DNA of 64,000 nucleotides, from assembly GCA_963516005.1 (NCBI GenBank), contig CAUPYP010000001.1, positions 39,400 through 103,399 of the forward strand. The letters run 5' to 3'. How positions within the stretch are numbered: the stretch's first letter is position 1; each line of letters starts with the position of its first letter. The notes below the pieces were generated by a model. It was not told the origin of the DNA. It made no database searches and saw only the letters and a list, made by a program, of their open reading frames with translations. This document shows positions 62,413 to 64,000 of the stretch, one piece after another. The position numbers and the translations under genes are program-made. This DNA is from an uncultured Candidatus Saccharibacteria bacterium (GTDB taxonomy: Bacteria; Patescibacteriota; Saccharimonadia; Saccharimonadales; Saccharimonadaceae).

Positions 62413-62646
62413 GTTGGTGAGGATTGAGAGCCTCATCGAACATCAGTTTAACACATAGCAAGTTAGAAATATTATCCCCTTCCCCTTTTTTATTAACAAA
62501 ACTATCTTGATGTGTGTCATAACCCCTTTAACCGGCGGACCCCAGTGAACTATGAGGTGGGTCACGCTTCTCGGGAGAGCCCAAAAAGGTGTGTTAAAGG
62601 GTCAAATGGCGCTAGGTGATGCCCACCCTTACCTAGCGCTTTTTGA
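62413..62646 (+). ncRNA. Candidate structured RNA of about 235 nt, family unknown
   Basis: It is bounded by the consensus promoter and an intrinsic terminator. There is a 5' hairpin at 62411-62443. UUUAACACAU (62447-62456) can pair with GUGUGUUAAA (62589-62598). CCCUUUAAC (62523-62531) offers an alternative pairing with GUUAAAGGG (62593-62601). Four CCCC-type motifs are present. Confidence 0.5.
62609..62646 (+). terminator. Intrinsic terminator of the candidate RNA; straddles the pth stop codon on the opposite strand
   Basis: 9-bp stem GCGCTAGGT / ACCTAGCGC with a 13-nt loop (GATGCCCACCCTT), followed by TTTTTGATTTTTT. Confidence 0.6.
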
Positions 62647-63213
62647 TTTTTTAACGAGTTTGTAGGTGGAGTTTTCAAAAGAACCACTAATGAAGTTTTG
62701 GGTTAGAATCTGGACTTGGCTCGAGATGTCAGATAGGAATTGCTGTTCGTCCTTAGTAAAATGCCCCAGGACGAAGTCGGATTTAGCGATGAGGTTGCGT
62801 TTGTCATTGTTGATGCCGATTTTGATACGACGGAAGTCGACTCCAATTTGGCTAATGATCGATTGCAGACCTTTATTCCCGCCAGCACTACCTGTGTCGC
62901 GGGTTTTAATTACGCCAAAATCAAGTGACAAATCGTCATGCAAAACAAGTAAATCAGTAGTAAAATCGATTTTATAAAAATCAGCAATGGTTTTTAGAGT
63001 AAAACCGGTGAGATTATAAAAAGTGGTGGGTTTAACTAGCAAAACTTTTTCGCCACCGATACGCAGTTCGCAAACTAGCGCCCGAAAAGCCTTTTTTTCG
63101 CTCCAAATCCCCTGGTAATTGTGAGCGATGTCATCAATAATTCGAAAACCAACATTGTGGCGGGTATTATTGTAATTATTGCCAACGTTCCCCTGAGCCA
63201 AAATTAATTTCAT
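62629..63213 (-). CDS. pth: Peptidyl-tRNA hydrolase
   Basis: MKLILAQGNVGNNYNNTRHNVGF, then LHDDLSL and GSAGGNKGLQS. Confidence 0.95.
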   Translation of the reverse strand: MKLILAQGNVGNNYNNTRHNVGFRIIDDIAHNYQGIWSEKKAFRALVCELRIGGEKVLLVKPTTFYNLTGFTLKTIADFYKIDFTTDLLVLHDDLSLDFGVIKTRDTGSAGGNKGLQSIISQIGVDFRRIKIGINNDKRNLIAKSDFVLGHFTKDEQQFLSDISSQVQILTQNFISGSFENSTYKLVKKSKSAR

Positions 63214-63251
63214 AGCATTTCCTTTATTAAAACTTATGGTTATATTTTAAC

Positions 63252-63282
63252 ACAAAAACCGCCTCCTCGGGCGGTTTTGTCT
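63252..63282. terminator. Bidirectional terminator-like hairpin upstream of pth and downstream of the small membrane-protein gene
   Basis: Stem AACCGCC / GGCGGTT, flanked by an A-run on one side and a T-run on the other. Confidence 0.6.
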
Positions 63283-63297
63283 TTGTTTAAAAAAAGT

Positions 63298-63480
63298 TTA
63301 TTTTTCGCAGTCGGCTTTGTTGCCTTCTAGACAAGAGATACGTTTATTAAGATAGATGTTATTTTCGGAGTTGGTGCTGAGGACTTTGTTGTTGGAGGCT
63401 TGAAACTTATTCCATGAATAAACAATACCACATAGCCACAAAGTATTGATAATAGTTAAGATGAGAATAATTACTTGCAA
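63298..63480 (-). CDS. Small membrane protein; the 5' end may be displaced by an A8 homopolymer frameshift
   Basis: The 60-aa ORF starts at a TTG with no RBS. A strong AAGGAG-N5-ATG lies 35 nt upstream in another frame, separated from it by an A8 run. Confidence 0.45.
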   Translation of the reverse strand: MQVIILILTIINTLWLCGIVYSWNKFQASNNKVLSTNSENNIYLNKRISCLEGNKADCEK

Positions 63481-63648
63481 AATTCTGATTGTCTGTTTTT
63501 TTTGTCTTTGCTCATAAAAGCTCCTTTTGAGTTAAGAATATTACTAGTAGGCGTTTTTTCATTTGAACGCCCTCCCTTCTAAAAAGTACTAACTCACAAA
63601 AGCGAGTTGCAAGAACAGTATAGCATAAGAGTTTAAAAAAACAAGTTA

Positions 63649-64000
63649 TCAGATAATATTTTTAGCAAATAAGAGTTTGGTTGATAGCTTGGTTGGCTTG
63701 AGCTTTTGCAGGACTAAAAAGACGATGAATAGCAAAACATTGAACGCCAGCAAGACCACTAGATTATAGAGTGGTGTTGGCCAGTTGAGCTGGATGGATT
63801 TGAGCGGGAGGCGGTTGAGGTAACAGTAATTCGTGCCGGCCAGATAATTAAAACCAATCATAATAAGATGAAAAGCGTTAGTGATAATGGCGATACGGCG
63901 GAGCGAATCAAGATTGAGGCGTGGGCTGGTTTTGACAAAATAAACCGCTGTCCACAATAGCGTGATATGCCCGACGAAATACGAAACATAGCCCCAATGC
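63649..64000 (-). CDS. Integral membrane protein, C-terminal part (5' end lies outside the window)
   Basis: The frame stays open to the window edge upstream of the listed TTG. The sequence is hydrophobic and polytopic. No family assigned. Confidence 0.5.
   Translation of the reverse strand, partial: HWGYVSYFVGHITLLWTAVYFVKTSPRLNLDSLRRIAIITNAFHLIMIGFNYLAGTNYCYLNRLPLKSIQLNWPTPLYNLVVLLAFNVLLFIVFLVLQKLKPTKLSTKLLFAKNII

Noticed and set aside
62411-62458. 15-codon ORF (MLVRIESLIEHQFNT) at the 5' end of the candidate RNA, and a 25-codon ORF at 58011-58088.
   Set aside because: Both are very short, have no SD, and have the wrong spacing from the -10 box for a leaderless start (4 nt). They have no supporting features.
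1-64000. Searched by eye for rRNA, tRNA, RNase P RNA (GGAAAGUCC), SRP RNA (GGAA tetraloop with AGCAG), CRISPR arrays, and transposase or integrase genes.
   Set aside because: None was recognised. The absence of small RNAs cannot be proven without covariance-model scans.

Overview
The window reads as a gene-dense stretch (mostly 0-170 bp spacers) of a small, mid-GC bacterial chromosome. TGA is used as a stop (e.g. the histidine-kinase ORF ending at 38563), so the standard code applies. I call about 62 protein-coding genes, almost all housekeeping. They include aminoacyl-tRNA synthetases (proS, lysS, serS, glyQS), greA, secA-prfB-ftsEX, a compact dcw cluster (mraZ-rsmH-ftsL-ftsI-mraY-ftsW-murG-ftsQ), xseAB, recO, topA, dprA, pth, rpmA and rpmB. 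The synteny is Gram-positive-like (hpf ... secA-prfB ... ftsEX-PcsB-like-ctpA). Several lineage-specific membrane proteins, a VirD4/TraD-like ATPase and a sigma-region-4/HARE-HTH protein suggest a reduced genome of the Patescibacteria/Saccharibacteria type. That placement is inference only. I recognised no rRNA, tRNA, CRISPR array, transposase or integrase. Six things seem most worth a second look. (1) A tightly coupled operon rnhA / degenerate CYTH / orphan possibly KwaB(DUF4868)-like protein / Pif1 helicase at 27752-31029. (2) An ORF-free 1.18 kb region (52778-53960) at a convergent strand switch, where ftsA-ftsZ would normally follow ftsQ; it carries consensus promoters, a hairpin sRNA candidate and repeated G-rich boxes shared with the mraZ upstream region. 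(3) A 262-nt element bounded by 30-nt inverted repeats between mraZ and rsmH. (4) An orphan roughly 235-nt RNA candidate with a perfect TTGACT-17-TATAAT promoter and intrinsic terminator at 62378-62646. (5) At least eight genes whose -10 box sits 6-7 nt before the ATG, implying leaderless mRNAs. (6) A tail-anchored protein built of 17-aa (51-bp) tandem repeats just upstream of the dcw cluster. All family assignments come from motif recognition by eye, not from database searches.
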